Source of the DNA: an uncultured Mollicutes bacterium
Lineage (GTDB): Bacteria; Bacillota_I; Bacilli_A; ML615J-28; CAG-313
NCBI GenBank assembly: GCA_937875785.1
Contig: CALEGV010000007.1
Location: 1 to 60,737 of the forward strand
Direction: 5' to 3'
DNA length: 60,737 bases
The position numbers and the translations under genes were made by a program. Of the stretch, positions 38,726 through 48,000 are shown piece after piece. A model generated the notes under the pieces. That model did not search any database and was not told the origin of the DNA. It was given only the letters and a program-made list of their open reading frames with translations. Positions within the stretch are counted from its first letter, which is position 1. Every line of letters starts with the position of its first letter.

Positions 38726-39553
38726 TTATATCCAATCGTGAAATGCACTATAAATTATCACTATCATTCCCATTAAAATGCAATACAAGGAAAAATAAGA
38801 TAATTTATTATCACGAATGATTTTTGATAAAAACTGAAAGCTAATATAGGTTGTAATCATAGCAAGAAAAAAGGCTATAAAGTAACAAGCTAGACTTGCT
38901 GATGGCAAAGTAAACAAATTCTTTAAATTATCAATTTCTAAAATCATTGCTCCTAAAGCTGATGGAATAAACATCATAAATGCAAATTCTTTTGCTTGTT
39001 CCTTATCAATTTTTTGTTTAAAGCAACCACATAAGCAACTTCCACTTCTCGATATCCCAGGAAATAATCCCATCATTTGAAAAGCCCCAATTACAAGTGC
39101 ATCCTTGAAAGATATTTCTTGTTTATTTCCTTTATTATTCCTTTTTGATAAAAAGAGCATCGTTGCATTGATAATTAAACAAATGCCTACAACCAACAAA
39201 CTACTTGTCTGATATCCTAGTTTTTTCATAAGCAATGTGAATAAAACTAACGGAATCGTTGCAATCATAAGTTTTAACAAATAATAAAACTCATGTTGAT
39301 ATTGTTTATCTTTTTTAAAAAGATATTGAAAGCAACCAACTATCAATTGTTTTATCCTTTTTCTTAGGAAGAATAAGATGGCAATTAGTGAAGCCAAATG
39401 CAAAAAGACCTCAAAAGTTAAATTATCTTCTTTTATTCCCAAAATAGTTGAAACAATGATAAGATGGCCACTTGATGAAATTGGAAGAACCTCACAAATA
39501 CCTTGTAAAATGCCTAACAAAATATATTTTAATAATTCAACCAATTTTTCCAT
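38726..39553 (-). CDS. uppP: Undecaprenyl-diphosphate phosphatase
   Basis: Start MEKLVELLKY at 39553. LPISSSGHL and PGISRSG motifs. Confidence 0.85.
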   Translation of the reverse strand: MEKLVELLKYILLGILQGICEVLPISSSGHLIIVSTILGIKEDNLTFEVFLHLASLIAILFFLRKRIKQLIVGCFQYLFKKDKQYQHEFYYLLKLMIATIPLVLFTLLMKKLGYQTSSLLVVGICLIINATMLFLSKRNNKGNKQEISFKDALVIGAFQMMGLFPGISRSGSCLCGCFKQKIDKEQAKEFAFMMFIPSALGAMILEIDNLKNLFTLPSASLACYFIAFFLAMITTYISFQFLSKIIRDNKLSYFSLYCILMGMIVIIYSAFHDWI

Positions 39554-39625
39554 TAAAAAACCCCCAATATGATTTGATATCAATATAAGATATTCAATTT
39601 ATACGCATACTAGAAGTTTTATTTG

Positions 39626-40354
39626 TTAAAGGTTTTCCTTAACTACATGATTTTTGTTTTTCTTACTCATGTATTTGATGAGTCCTATAAGATACCCTAT
39701 AACTAATCCCAAAATAAATGCTATCAATACAATCGTAATGGAAGAATCAGTTATTCTACAAGTTGATGCAAGTGAAACCTCTTGTAAACGATTCGCTAAT
39801 TGGTTTCCGTATTTGTAGGTGACTTCTCCTGAATCATTTTCAATAGTTCCATTTAAAAGAGAAATGGATTGTTTTACAACACTATTGACAACTTGTATTG
39901 CAAATTTTTCTTTGTCTTGAACTTTAGTTGAATTCGTTGAAAAATTCACATTAATAATTAAACTTTGATTACTATTACTAATATCAATTCCATCTTTGAT
40001 AATGTTTTTCACATCTTGATAGTTTAAATCAGACCATTCTTTACTACCCAATAGTTCATCGGCCACAGCAGAAATAACAACATCGTTAATCATAAATGCC
40101 TTAATTGTATTTGTTGTTAACAAATCTTCACTCAATGATGTAACACCTTTACTATCTACATCAATAATATCTTTAGAAATAACAATTACACTAGCTGAAG
40201 TTGAATATGTGTCTTTTTTCAAAGCAAATCCATAAATGGCACCAACCAGTGTACAAGCAATAGTAATGATTAAAATAATTAACCAATTCAATTTGAATAC
40301 TAAAAATAAATCTAGAACTGTAAGTGTATCATTATCTTTTTTCTTTTCTTCCAT
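39626..40354 (-). CDS. Wzz/YveK-type chain-length determinant protein
   Basis: 242 aa. N-terminal LDLFLVFKLNWLIILIITIACTLVGAIYGF TM, a periplasmic-type domain, and a C-terminal TM. Confidence 0.7.
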   Translation of the reverse strand: MEEKKKDNDTLTVLDLFLVFKLNWLIILIITIACTLVGAIYGFALKKDTYSTSASVIVISKDIIDVDSKGVTSLSEDLLTTNTIKAFMINDVVISAVADELLGSKEWSDLNYQDVKNIIKDGIDISNSNQSLIINVNFSTNSTKVQDKEKFAIQVVNSVVKQSISLLNGTIENDSGEVTYKYGNQLANRLQEVSLASTCRITDSSITIVLIAFILGLVIGYLIGLIKYMSKKNKNHVVKENL

Positions 40355-40555
40355 ATTTTCTCTATCCTTTATTAGTGTATATTTTATATTATTATACTAC
40401 ATTTTGTCTTACAAATCAACAAAATTGTTAAGTTAAATGCCTTATTATATAAAAATCAAAAACAATGAAATATTTGGGATAATACTATACCCATAGAATC
40501 TCTTGTTTGATAGATGTATTCAAATACATTTTGAGCATGATGTTCTAAATATTAT

Positions 40556-40588
40556 AAAGACTCAAAGAATGCTCTTCTTTGAGTCTTT
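40556..40588 (-). terminator. Terminator after galU
   Basis: 14-bp perfect stem aaagactcaaagaa / ttctttgagtcttt with a 5-nt loop. Confidence 0.8.
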
Positions 40589-40591
40589 AAT

Positions 40592-41458
40592 CTATTTTTC
40601 TATTTCTTTTAAAAATGAATGAATACCTTCCTTTAAATCCTCGCGATATTTTGCAACTATTATTGTTGCTTCAACATAACCCAATTTATTTCCAATATCA
40701 TATCGTTTCCCATTAAAAGTTGAGGCAAACACTGGTTCATTTTTTTGGGCAATGGCAATGGCATCTGTTAATTGAACTTCACCACCAACGCCTTCAGTTA
40801 TTTGTTCTAAATATTTAAAAATACTATTTTTTAAAATATATCTACCAACACACGCCATATTTGAAGGTGGATTCTCTTTTGGCTTTTCAATAATTCCATT
40901 AATCTTAAAATAATTTCCTATTTCCTTTTCAGGACTTACAATTCCATATTTATAAGTTTCTTCATATGGTACTTTTTGAACTCCTAAATAATAAGTTGGA
41001 TTATGTTGATAATACTCACATAGAGTGCCAATGCCATAATTGGATTGATTTTCACCAAATACGAAGTCATCTCCTAATATAACGGCGAAATCATCCTCTC
41101 CAGCAAAAGCTTTGGCATGATATATGGCATCTCCTAACCCTCTTGCCTTCTCTTGGAATACATAAGAAATTCTAATTTTCGATTTTAAATTCTTAATATT
41201 ATTGATTTCTTCATATTCTTTTTCTAGATGATTTACGTACTCACTTTCAGTATTAAAATAATTTACAACATCATTTTGGTCAATACCAATTATAATTAGT
41301 GCTTCCTTTATGCCTGCTTGAATTGCTTCTTCAAGCAAATAATGAATAACTGGACGATCAATAATAGGTAATAAAGTTTTACTAATTGTTTTTGTAATTG
41401 GTAAAAATCTTGTTCCTTTTCCCGCAACAGGAATAACAACTTTTTTTATTTTTTTCAT
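40592..41458 (-). CDS. galU: UTP-glucose-1-phosphate uridylyltransferase
   Basis: KVVIPVAGKGTRFLPITK, FQEKARGLGDAI, VGRYIL, EVQLTDAI. Confidence 0.85.
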   Translation of the reverse strand: MKKIKKVVIPVAGKGTRFLPITKTISKTLLPIIDRPVIHYLLEEAIQAGIKEALIIIGIDQNDVVNYFNTESEYVNHLEKEYEEINNIKNLKSKIRISYVFQEKARGLGDAIYHAKAFAGEDDFAVILGDDFVFGENQSNYGIGTLCEYYQHNPTYYLGVQKVPYEETYKYGIVSPEKEIGNYFKINGIIEKPKENPPSNMACVGRYILKNSIFKYLEQITEGVGGEVQLTDAIAIAQKNEPVFASTFNGKRYDIGNKLGYVEATIIVAKYREDLKEGIHSFLKEIEK

Positions 41459-42597
41459 TTTTCACCTCGATATCCAAGTTCATCAAGTGTATCTTGGATT
41501 ATTTTATTTAATTCATCATAATGCTTTTCGATTTCTGATACTAGTTTTAACTGATTACGTGCTCTTTCTAAATTAATCTTCGGGCGTTTTTCTTTTTGTT
41601 CATCATTTAAAGCAAAATACTTATCCCCATCTAAATAATCAGTTAAAAAACGCATACCCAATTCTAAAGTCATCGTGAAATATCCTGTTAATAATAGATC
41701 TATTTCTCCTTGTTCAATAATTCCTTTGACTGTTTCTAAAAAACCATAAGTAAAGGCCCGAACAAGTTCAAAATTGATGTGCACTTTTTTCAAATCAACC
41801 TCATCTTCAGCAGCGGTTGAAGCTCCAAGTCGTAAGGCATCACCATAATCATAAACGAGTGACCCTTTCATAGCAGTATCAAGATCAATTAAACATAAAG
41901 CCTTTTTACCATTTTTTGAAAACATAATATTGTTTAATTTGGTATCATTATGGACTACTCGCCTTGGAATTCTTTTTTCAGCAATTGCTTGAGTAATAAT
42001 ATTCATTTGATTAGAACGTTTTTTGATAAACTCAATTTCTTTTTTGCATTCTTTCACTCTTTCAACATGATCACTTATTTTAACAATATCTACAAAAGTC
42101 TCATATCGATAAGGCGTATTATGGAAATTCTTAATATTATCGGTCAAAAAACGCGTATGGAATCCATCTAGTAAATTTTGAAAACGTCCAACTGCTCTTC
42201 CTGCCTCACAAAAAATTTCAGGATCAGTTGTACTATCATATGTTTTCCCGTCAATCCATGTGTAGCATCGCCAATATTCATCATCATTTACAATAACAAA
42301 ATTTTTATTTAGTTTACTTTTTACTAGTGTTAAAGTAGAATTACGATAATTCTCTCCTTCATATATGACACGATTCCGAATATATTCAGTAATCAAATCT
42401 ATATTATACATTACACCAATCGGGCTTTGAAATACATAATCATTGATTTTTTGAAGGATATATCTAATTTCTTTAAACTTTACAATATATGTATCATTGA
42501 TCAAACCTGTTCCAAATTTTTCAATCGAAATAACTTTGTCAGGATTAAAATATTCTTTTACGACTTTTTCAATGGTTGTTTCTTTATTTACATCCAT
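41455..42597 (-). CDS. Aminoglycoside-phosphotransferase-fold anomeric sugar kinase (N-acetylhexosamine 1-kinase-like)
   Basis: 380 aa. Catalytic loop VVHNDTKLNNIMF and IDLDT. Overlaps galU by 4 nt. Confidence 0.6.
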   Translation of the reverse strand: MDVNKETTIEKVVKEYFNPDKVISIEKFGTGLINDTYIVKFKEIRYILQKINDYVFQSPIGVMYNIDLITEYIRNRVIYEGENYRNSTLTLVKSKLNKNFVIVNDDEYWRCYTWIDGKTYDSTTDPEIFCEAGRAVGRFQNLLDGFHTRFLTDNIKNFHNTPYRYETFVDIVKISDHVERVKECKKEIEFIKKRSNQMNIITQAIAEKRIPRRVVHNDTKLNNIMFSKNGKKALCLIDLDTAMKGSLVYDYGDALRLGASTAAEDEVDLKKVHINFELVRAFTYGFLETVKGIIEQGEIDLLLTGYFTMTLELGMRFLTDYLDGDKYFALNDEQKEKRPKINLERARNQLKLVSEIEKHYDELNKIIQDTLDELGYRGEK

Positions 42598-43140
42598 TTT
42601 TATCCATTCCTTTCTTTCACTTATACTTTTACATATAGTAAATTATATGATTAGATACTTTTTTTATTACTTAACCATTTTTTTGACTAAGCAATTATTT
42701 CCTTATTTATATTATACGTTTTGGTTTTATCAATTTCAATACTATAACAAAATCTTTCTCATTGTCAATTATACCAAAAAATAGAAAAAAAAGCAAACAT
42801 TACTATTCAAACTGAATATAAAAAATAGAATTGCCATTAGCAACAGAAGGATAATTTTACTCACATGATATATTTTACTTCTTGTTTTTTCATTTTTGCT
42901 TTAATCGGTTCCAACTATTTACTTCCATATTTTCATTGTTCTCAGCAATACTTTCATTTATAAGAACTTTACACTATTTCAAAATAGCGATTTGATTTTA
43001 CCAATCATTTTTAGCATGAATCTCTTTTTACGAACTAAAAAAGATTATACATAAAACTCTTTCTTAATCATACCTTTTATAATTATAATTCAAAACGAAG
43101 TTGTATATGAAGAAATCCCTTTTCAACTATCTCAAATAAA

Positions 43141-43177
43141 AACCAGTAAGGTAAAATATGATTTTTCCTTACTGGTT
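43141..43177 (-). terminator. Terminator after the rubrerythrin-fusion gene
   Basis: aaccagtaagg / ccttactggtt, an 11-bp stem. A T-run follows on the minus strand. Confidence 0.8.
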
Positions 43178-43201
43178 AATTTTATTTAGATTTTATGAAT
43201 A

Positions 43202-44302
43202 TTATTTAAAATAACGTTTTAGCAATGCCTCTAGAGCCTTTCCATGTCTTGCTTCATCTTTTGCCATTTCATGAACAGAATCATGAATTGCGTCATAATT
43301 TAATTGTTTTGCACGTGTTGCAATTTCTTTTTTGCTCTTACATGCTCCATTTTCACCAGCCAACATTTTTTCAAGATTTTCTTTTGTACTATTGGTTACA
43401 AGTTCTCCCAACATTTCCCCAAATCTTGCTGCATGTTCAGCTTCTTCATGAGCAATTTTTTCCAAAACGACACCAATTTCAGGATATCCTTCACGATATG
43501 CTTGACGAGCCATCGCTAAATACATGCCAACTTCACTACATTCTCCCTTAAAATGATCTCTTAATCCACTTAAAACAAATTCATCTACTCCTTTGGCAAC
43601 ACCGATAACATGTTCATCCGCCCATGTTAACTCCTCTTCAATATATGGTACAATTTTATCAGCACCTGCACCACATACTGGACATTTTTCTGGACTATCA
43701 ATAATTTGTCCACAAACTAAACATTTGTATTTCATCTTCTTTTCCTCCTTTTGATTGATTACTAATGTTTTTTCAATACTTTCTTCTTTCATATACGTTG
43801 GAGCATTTTTTGGGCTTACTCCCTTTACAACCTTATGGTAATATTCATAAGTCATTACATGATCATCATTTAATATATCACCTTCCACTACTGTTGCAAT
43901 AAATAAGGTGTGCGTTGAGGTCTCCACCATTTGTTCTATTTCACATATCATATATGCATTTGCACCACAAATGATAGGCATGTTATCTTTAGTTTGATAC
44001 TTGATATGTGCAAATTTATCTATATTTCTTGAACTATTGAAACCAAGGGTACCAATAACTTGTTGTTCAATGGTCTCAGGTAATATTGATATTGCAAATT
44101 TCTTTACCTTTTTTAAGACTTCATTTGTATAATTTTGATGATGGATACTTGCAACAATCGTTTCTGGTTGAGATGTTACTTGCATAATACTATTCGCAAT
44201 GCATCCAACTTTTTTATCATACATAACACTTGTTACTGCATATACACCATATGATAACTGGTGAAAAACTTTAGGATTCAATTTCTTCATCATTTGCCTC
44301 AC
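43202..44302 (-). CDS. Three-domain redox protein: flavin-reductase-like, rubredoxin-like Cys4 and rubrerythrin/ferritin-like domains
   Basis: N-terminal FMN-binding split-barrel-like region. YKCLVCGQ...CPVCG. C-terminal diiron E..EEAEH.. and EMAKDEARH motifs. Confidence 0.7.
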   Translation of the reverse strand: MRQMMKKLNPKVFHQLSYGVYAVTSVMYDKKVGCIANSIMQVTSQPETIVASIHHQNYTNEVLKKVKKFAISILPETIEQQVIGTLGFNSSRNIDKFAHIKYQTKDNMPIICGANAYMICEIEQMVETSTHTLFIATVVEGDILNDDHVMTYEYYHKVVKGVSPKNAPTYMKEESIEKTLVINQKEEKKMKYKCLVCGQIIDSPEKCPVCGAGADKIVPYIEEELTWADEHVIGVAKGVDEFVLSGLRDHFKGECSEVGMYLAMARQAYREGYPEIGVVLEKIAHEEAEHAARFGEMLGELVTNSTKENLEKMLAGENGACKSKKEIATRAKQLNYDAIHDSVHEMAKDEARHGKALEALLKRYFK

Positions 44303-44666
44303 AATTCTTACAAATTCCCCTAACGAGGATATGATAATCTATCGCATGCATACCAATCTCTTGATAGATTCTATTTTTTAACTTCATTTCATCTAAACTT
44401 AAATCATATATTCTTTTGCATTTTAGGCAATACGCATGATGATGGGGAAGAATTTTACCATCATAGTGAATTTTACTATTTGGCATTATAAGTTCTAAAA
44501 TGATACCCTCTTCACTTAGCTGATGCAAATTTCGATAAATTGTGCTAATGCTATAACTAAATCCCAAATCTAGTAGTTGTTTATATACATCTTCTGCTGT
44601 TGGATGATTACAACTCGTTTGTACTACTTTTTTGATTTCTTCCCGAACTTTTGAATGGTAATACAT
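44271..44666 (-). CDS. perR: Fur-family peroxide-type repressor
   Basis: 131 aa. w[12 protein letters not shown] and CKNC zinc site. Placed immediately upstream of a rubrerythrin-type gene. Confidence 0.65.
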   Translation of the reverse strand: MYYHSKVREEIKKVVQTSCNHPTAEDVYKQLLDLGFSYSISTIYRNLHQLSEEGIILELIMPNSKIHYDGKILPHHHAYCLKCKRIYDLSLDEMKLKNRIYQEIGMHAIDYHILVRGICKNCEANDEEIES

Positions 44667-44737
44667 GGCTACACCTCTTGTAAAATTATAACATATTTTA
44701 CTTCTATTGTCAATAAAAATAAAAATAATTTTTATTT

Positions 44738-45397
44738 TTATTTTATTTTATCTTTTATAGCAATGTCTAGACTGATTAATGTGGATGCAAATAGAAAACC
44801 AATGCATACTCCTCCCAAACAATCAGTAAACCAATGCATACCTGAAGTCATACGAAGAATAAATGTAACAACAACTGCTATGCTCGAAATTAGATATGTA
44901 GTTATAGTAACCCAGACTCTATGTAATCGCTTATTTATCATCCAAGAAAAAATAAAGAATGTAGTTGTAACAACCATTACATGTGTAGAAGGATATGATG
45001 AGGCAGAACTATGTGGTCTATAACTAATTGGACATCTTTCAAATATAATCCACACAACAATCATCAAAAGAACAATTCCACCAAATAGCAAAATATCGCT
45101 ATCCACTTTTTTTATACTTCTTCTTTTTATGAGTTGATATAACCCAATACCTGCCATAATTAGCATAATCAATACTCCAATTACCATAAAAGCATCTGAT
45201 ACTTTGTCTAATATACGATTGTATTCAAAATAAGGAAATGCACCATTCAAATGAATAAGCCCTGTTTTTTTTACAAAATCAATAGTTTCCATATAGTCAA
45301 TTGTACAAATTAACAAAATAGTAAGGATAATAAAAAAGATAAGAAATATAAAGGGTATTGCATATAGTATTTTTTTTGTTTTCATAATTTGCTCCAA
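44738..45397 (-). CDS. PAP2-family membrane phosphatase
   Basis: YPSTHV and SGMHWFTD motifs, 5-6 TM. Confidence 0.7.
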   Translation of the reverse strand: MEQIMKTKKILYAIPFIFLIFFIILTILLICTIDYMETIDFVKKTGLIHLNGAFPYFEYNRILDKVSDAFMVIGVLIMLIMAGIGLYQLIKRRSIKKVDSDILLFGGIVLLMIVVWIIFERCPISYRPHSSASSYPSTHVMVVTTTFFIFSWMINKRLHRVWVTITTYLISSIAVVVTFILRMTSGMHWFTDCLGGVCIGFLFASTLISLDIAIKDKIK

Positions 45398-45415
45398 ATA
45401 TATAATTTATATTTA

Positions 45416-46345
45416 TTATTTGTTTTTTTTCTTTTCTTTCGCCCTTTTATCATTAATTATTCGCATTTCTTTTTCTGTGATTAATGTACAATTATTTTCT
45501 TTTGCCCAATTCACACAACCAGTTAAAACGAGTTTTAAAAAAGGGCGTGGTACTTTAACCAACATTTTTAAAGCATCATCTGTAAATTTTATTTTATCAT
45601 CAACACGTTTTGCAGCATATTGAATTGAAGTTAAATCTACTTCTTTATCTGGTATTCCTTCTGCTTGTGGTTTTTTATAATTTGAACACCAAAAGTTTTT
45701 TGAATCTCGATATCCCCAATTCGTTGGAAGGGGACAAAAATTACTTGTAGTCACACCACGAATAATCGAATTATAGTACTTCTCTTTCATCAAAATATGA
45801 TTTATCTTTAAAATAAAATGAGCACCATATTTTGAAGTAATACCATTAAAGTTATGATATGGTCCTTCATATTCTTCCTGCACTACATCATATTGCGCAT
45901 TATCTAATTCCTTTACCCAAGTGCATTCAAATACTTGAAGTGCTTCACTAATTACTTTAGGAAATTCTTCTTCTGGATAATCTACCTTACTCAAGCCATT
46001 TTCCGTATGGAACTTAAATTCCTTCATTTTTTCTTCTGGTGTATCCCCTGGAAATCCCAAACGAACATGTTCTTTAAAACTTTTTTTAGAATATGGCAAA
46101 AAATTAATTGTGCATTTTCCATGTCTTAATAGTCCTTTACATGTATTAGAACTATTACGAACTTCTAAAACCATTGCATAAAACTCTTTCCCTGCAATAT
46201 AATAAGGAAAGCAAAGGGAATACGCTCCAAAACTAGTCATTGTTTTATCTTCATTCAACGTTCCTACCAAACAAAGTGGCATTGGAAAAAAAGCAGATGT
46301 TTGATAAAAATTATCTACTATTCTTAAATCTTTAAATCTACTCAT
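45416..46345 (-). CDS. Flavin-reductase-like protein with C-terminal PCP_red-like helical domain
   Basis: 309 aa. The N-terminus is similar to FMN-binding split barrels. The C-terminal FTDDALKMLVKVPRPFLKLVLTGCVNWAKENN resembles the protochlorophyllide-reductase C-terminal domain. Weak assignment. Confidence 0.35.
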   Translation of the reverse strand: MSRFKDLRIVDNFYQTSAFFPMPLCLVGTLNEDKTMTSFGAYSLCFPYYIAGKEFYAMVLEVRNSSNTCKGLLRHGKCTINFLPYSKKSFKEHVRLGFPGDTPEEKMKEFKFHTENGLSKVDYPEEEFPKVISEALQVFECTWVKELDNAQYDVVQEEYEGPYHNFNGITSKYGAHFILKINHILMKEKYYNSIIRGVTTSNFCPLPTNWGYRDSKNFWCSNYKKPQAEGIPDKEVDLTSIQYAAKRVDDKIKFTDDALKMLVKVPRPFLKLVLTGCVNWAKENNCTLITEKEMRIINDKRAKEKKKNK

Positions 46346-46385
46346 TTCAATATCTCCTTATCCTTTAATGATTGTATTATACAAC

Positions 46386-46400
46386 TTTTTTTTTTTTTTT
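46386..46400. repeat. T15 homopolymer in a divergent intergenic region
   Basis: 15 consecutive T between the start of 45416..46345 (minus) and the decarboxylase beta-subunit gene (plus). Confidence 0.95.
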
Positions 46401-46629
46401 GAAAATAAAGTGTTAATTTAATTACAAAAGTATTATTTTTTGGTATTATACAGGCATACATTTTCATATAATGTATTATAATTTAGATAAAAGGGGAGTA
46501 GCTTCATATTATATTCGTCATCACGAAATAAGCAAATCCATCTTATTTCCGGATATAATAGTCAAACTATATTTCAATTTCGACCAGCAAGACCTTTTAA
46601 TAACTTTAATTATTAGGAGGTTTTTTATT

Positions 46630-47730
46630 ATGGATTTTTTATTTGATGGTATAAAAAATATTACCTTTGGACAATTGGTAATGTATATCATTGGCGTTTT
46701 CATGATTCTAATTGCTATAAAAAAGAATTTAGAACCAACGCTTCTTATTCCGATGGGTTTTGGAACGATTCTTGTGAATATTCCCTTTAGTGGAGCAATT
46801 GGGGAAAATGGAGCAATTGAGTGGTTATTTAATGTTGGAATTAAAGCAAGCGAAATTATGCCACTTTTATTGTTTATTGGAATTGGAGCAATGCTAGATT
46901 TTACCCCTTTAATTAGTAATCCAAAATTATTTTTGATTGGTGCTTTCGCCCAATTAGGAATTTTCATTACCATTATTCTAGCAACTATTTTGGGATTTAA
47001 TATAAAGGATGCAGCATGCATTGGTATTATTGGTGCTGCTGATGGACCCACTTCAATTTTAGTTGCTCAAACTCTTCATAGCAACTACTTAGGCGCTATT
47101 ACGATTTCGGCCTATTGTTATATGTCATTAGTACCCTTCATATTACCATTGGTCACCCGATTATGTACAACAAAGAAGGAACGGCTTATTAGAATGGAAT
47201 ACAATACCTCAAAAATTTCTAAAGGGAACAAATTGCTTTTTCCTATTGTCATAACAATTGTTGCTGGAACATTCACTCCTGATGCAATCTCTTTAATTGG
47301 TTTTTTAATGTTTGGGAATTTAATTAAAGAATGTGGAGTTTTAAACCATTTGACTGCTACAGCAACAACTACTTTAACCAATTTAATTACTCTTCTTCTT
47401 GGAATTACCATTTCATTTACTATGCAAGCAAATTTATTTTTAAGTATAGAAACTTTGATGATTATGGGACTTGGATTGTTCGCTTTTATCTTTGATGCAA
47501 TAGGAGGCATTTTCTTTGTTAAAATCATCAATCTTTTTACCAAGAAAAAAATCAACCCAATGATTGGTGCAGCTGGCATTTCTGCTTTCCCAATGGCATC
47601 AAGAATTGTTCACCAAATGGGTGTAAAAGAGGATAAAGGAAATTATTTATTAATGCCTGCGGCAAGCACCAATATGGCAGGACAAATTGCTAGTGCTATT
47701 GTTGGTGGAATTATCCTTTCATTTTTTTAG
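46630..47730 (+). CDS. Na+-translocating decarboxylase beta subunit (OadB/GcdB/MmdB family)
   Basis: ATG 46630 after AGGAGG; the track ORF start at 46471 is an extension. 366 aa polytopic protein with IGIIGAADGPTSI and MIGAAGISAFPMASR motifs. Confidence 0.8.
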   Translation: MDFLFDGIKNITFGQLVMYIIGVFMILIAIKKNLEPTLLIPMGFGTILVNIPFSGAIGENGAIEWLFNVGIKASEIMPLLLFIGIGAMLDFTPLISNPKLFLIGAFAQLGIFITIILATILGFNIKDAACIGIIGAADGPTSILVAQTLHSNYLGAITISAYCYMSLVPFILPLVTRLCTTKKERLIRMEYNTSKISKGNKLLFPIVITIVAGTFTPDAISLIGFLMFGNLIKECGVLNHLTATATTTLTNLITLLLGITISFTMQANLFLSIETLMIMGLGLFAFIFDAIGGIFFVKIINLFTKKKINPMIGAAGISAFPMASRIVHQMGVKEDKGNYLLMPAASTNMAGQIASAIVGGIILSFF

Positions 47731-47740
47731 GAGGTCAATT

Positions 47741-47893
47741 ATGTTTTTATTCAAATTCAATCAGGAAGATATTATTCAATCTTTACAAATTAGCGCTATA
47801 GGTTTTATATCTCTTTTTATCATCATTTTACTCATTACTATTTTTGTCTATTGTGTGAATTTCATCATAAAAAAAATAGATGCTAAAAAATAA
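47741..47893 (+). CDS. Small single-TM subunit, OadG-like
   Basis: 50 aa from the ATG 6 nt after AGGAGG. One TM helix. Position matches gamma subunits. Confidence 0.5.
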   Translation: MFLFKFNQEDIIQSLQISAIGFISLFIIILLITIFVYCVNFIIKKIDAKK

Positions 47894-47965
47894 AATCACA
47901 CTTATTATGCTATCCACCAAAGACAAAAGATAAAAATAATTATACATCCTTCCCTATAAATCAAC

Positions 47966-48000
47966 TATAAAAAAAGTAAAAGACATAATATGTCTTTTAC
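47966..48000 (-). terminator. Terminator after the FAD/Rieske gene
   Basis: gtaaaagacat-aat-atgtcttttac, an 11-bp perfect stem overlapping the stop. T7 follows on the minus strand. Confidence 0.8.

Noticed and set aside
46521-47579. Long antisense ORFs in the ORF track (46521..47051, 47118..47579; likewise 13317..13778, 12321..12605, 24673..25164, 43225..43551, 35686..36294, 22651..23196 and the many 60-100 aa entries)
   Set aside because: They lie opposite genes with clear family motifs, have low-complexity I/F/K/N-rich products and no RBS. They are shadow ORFs, expected in AT-rich DNA.
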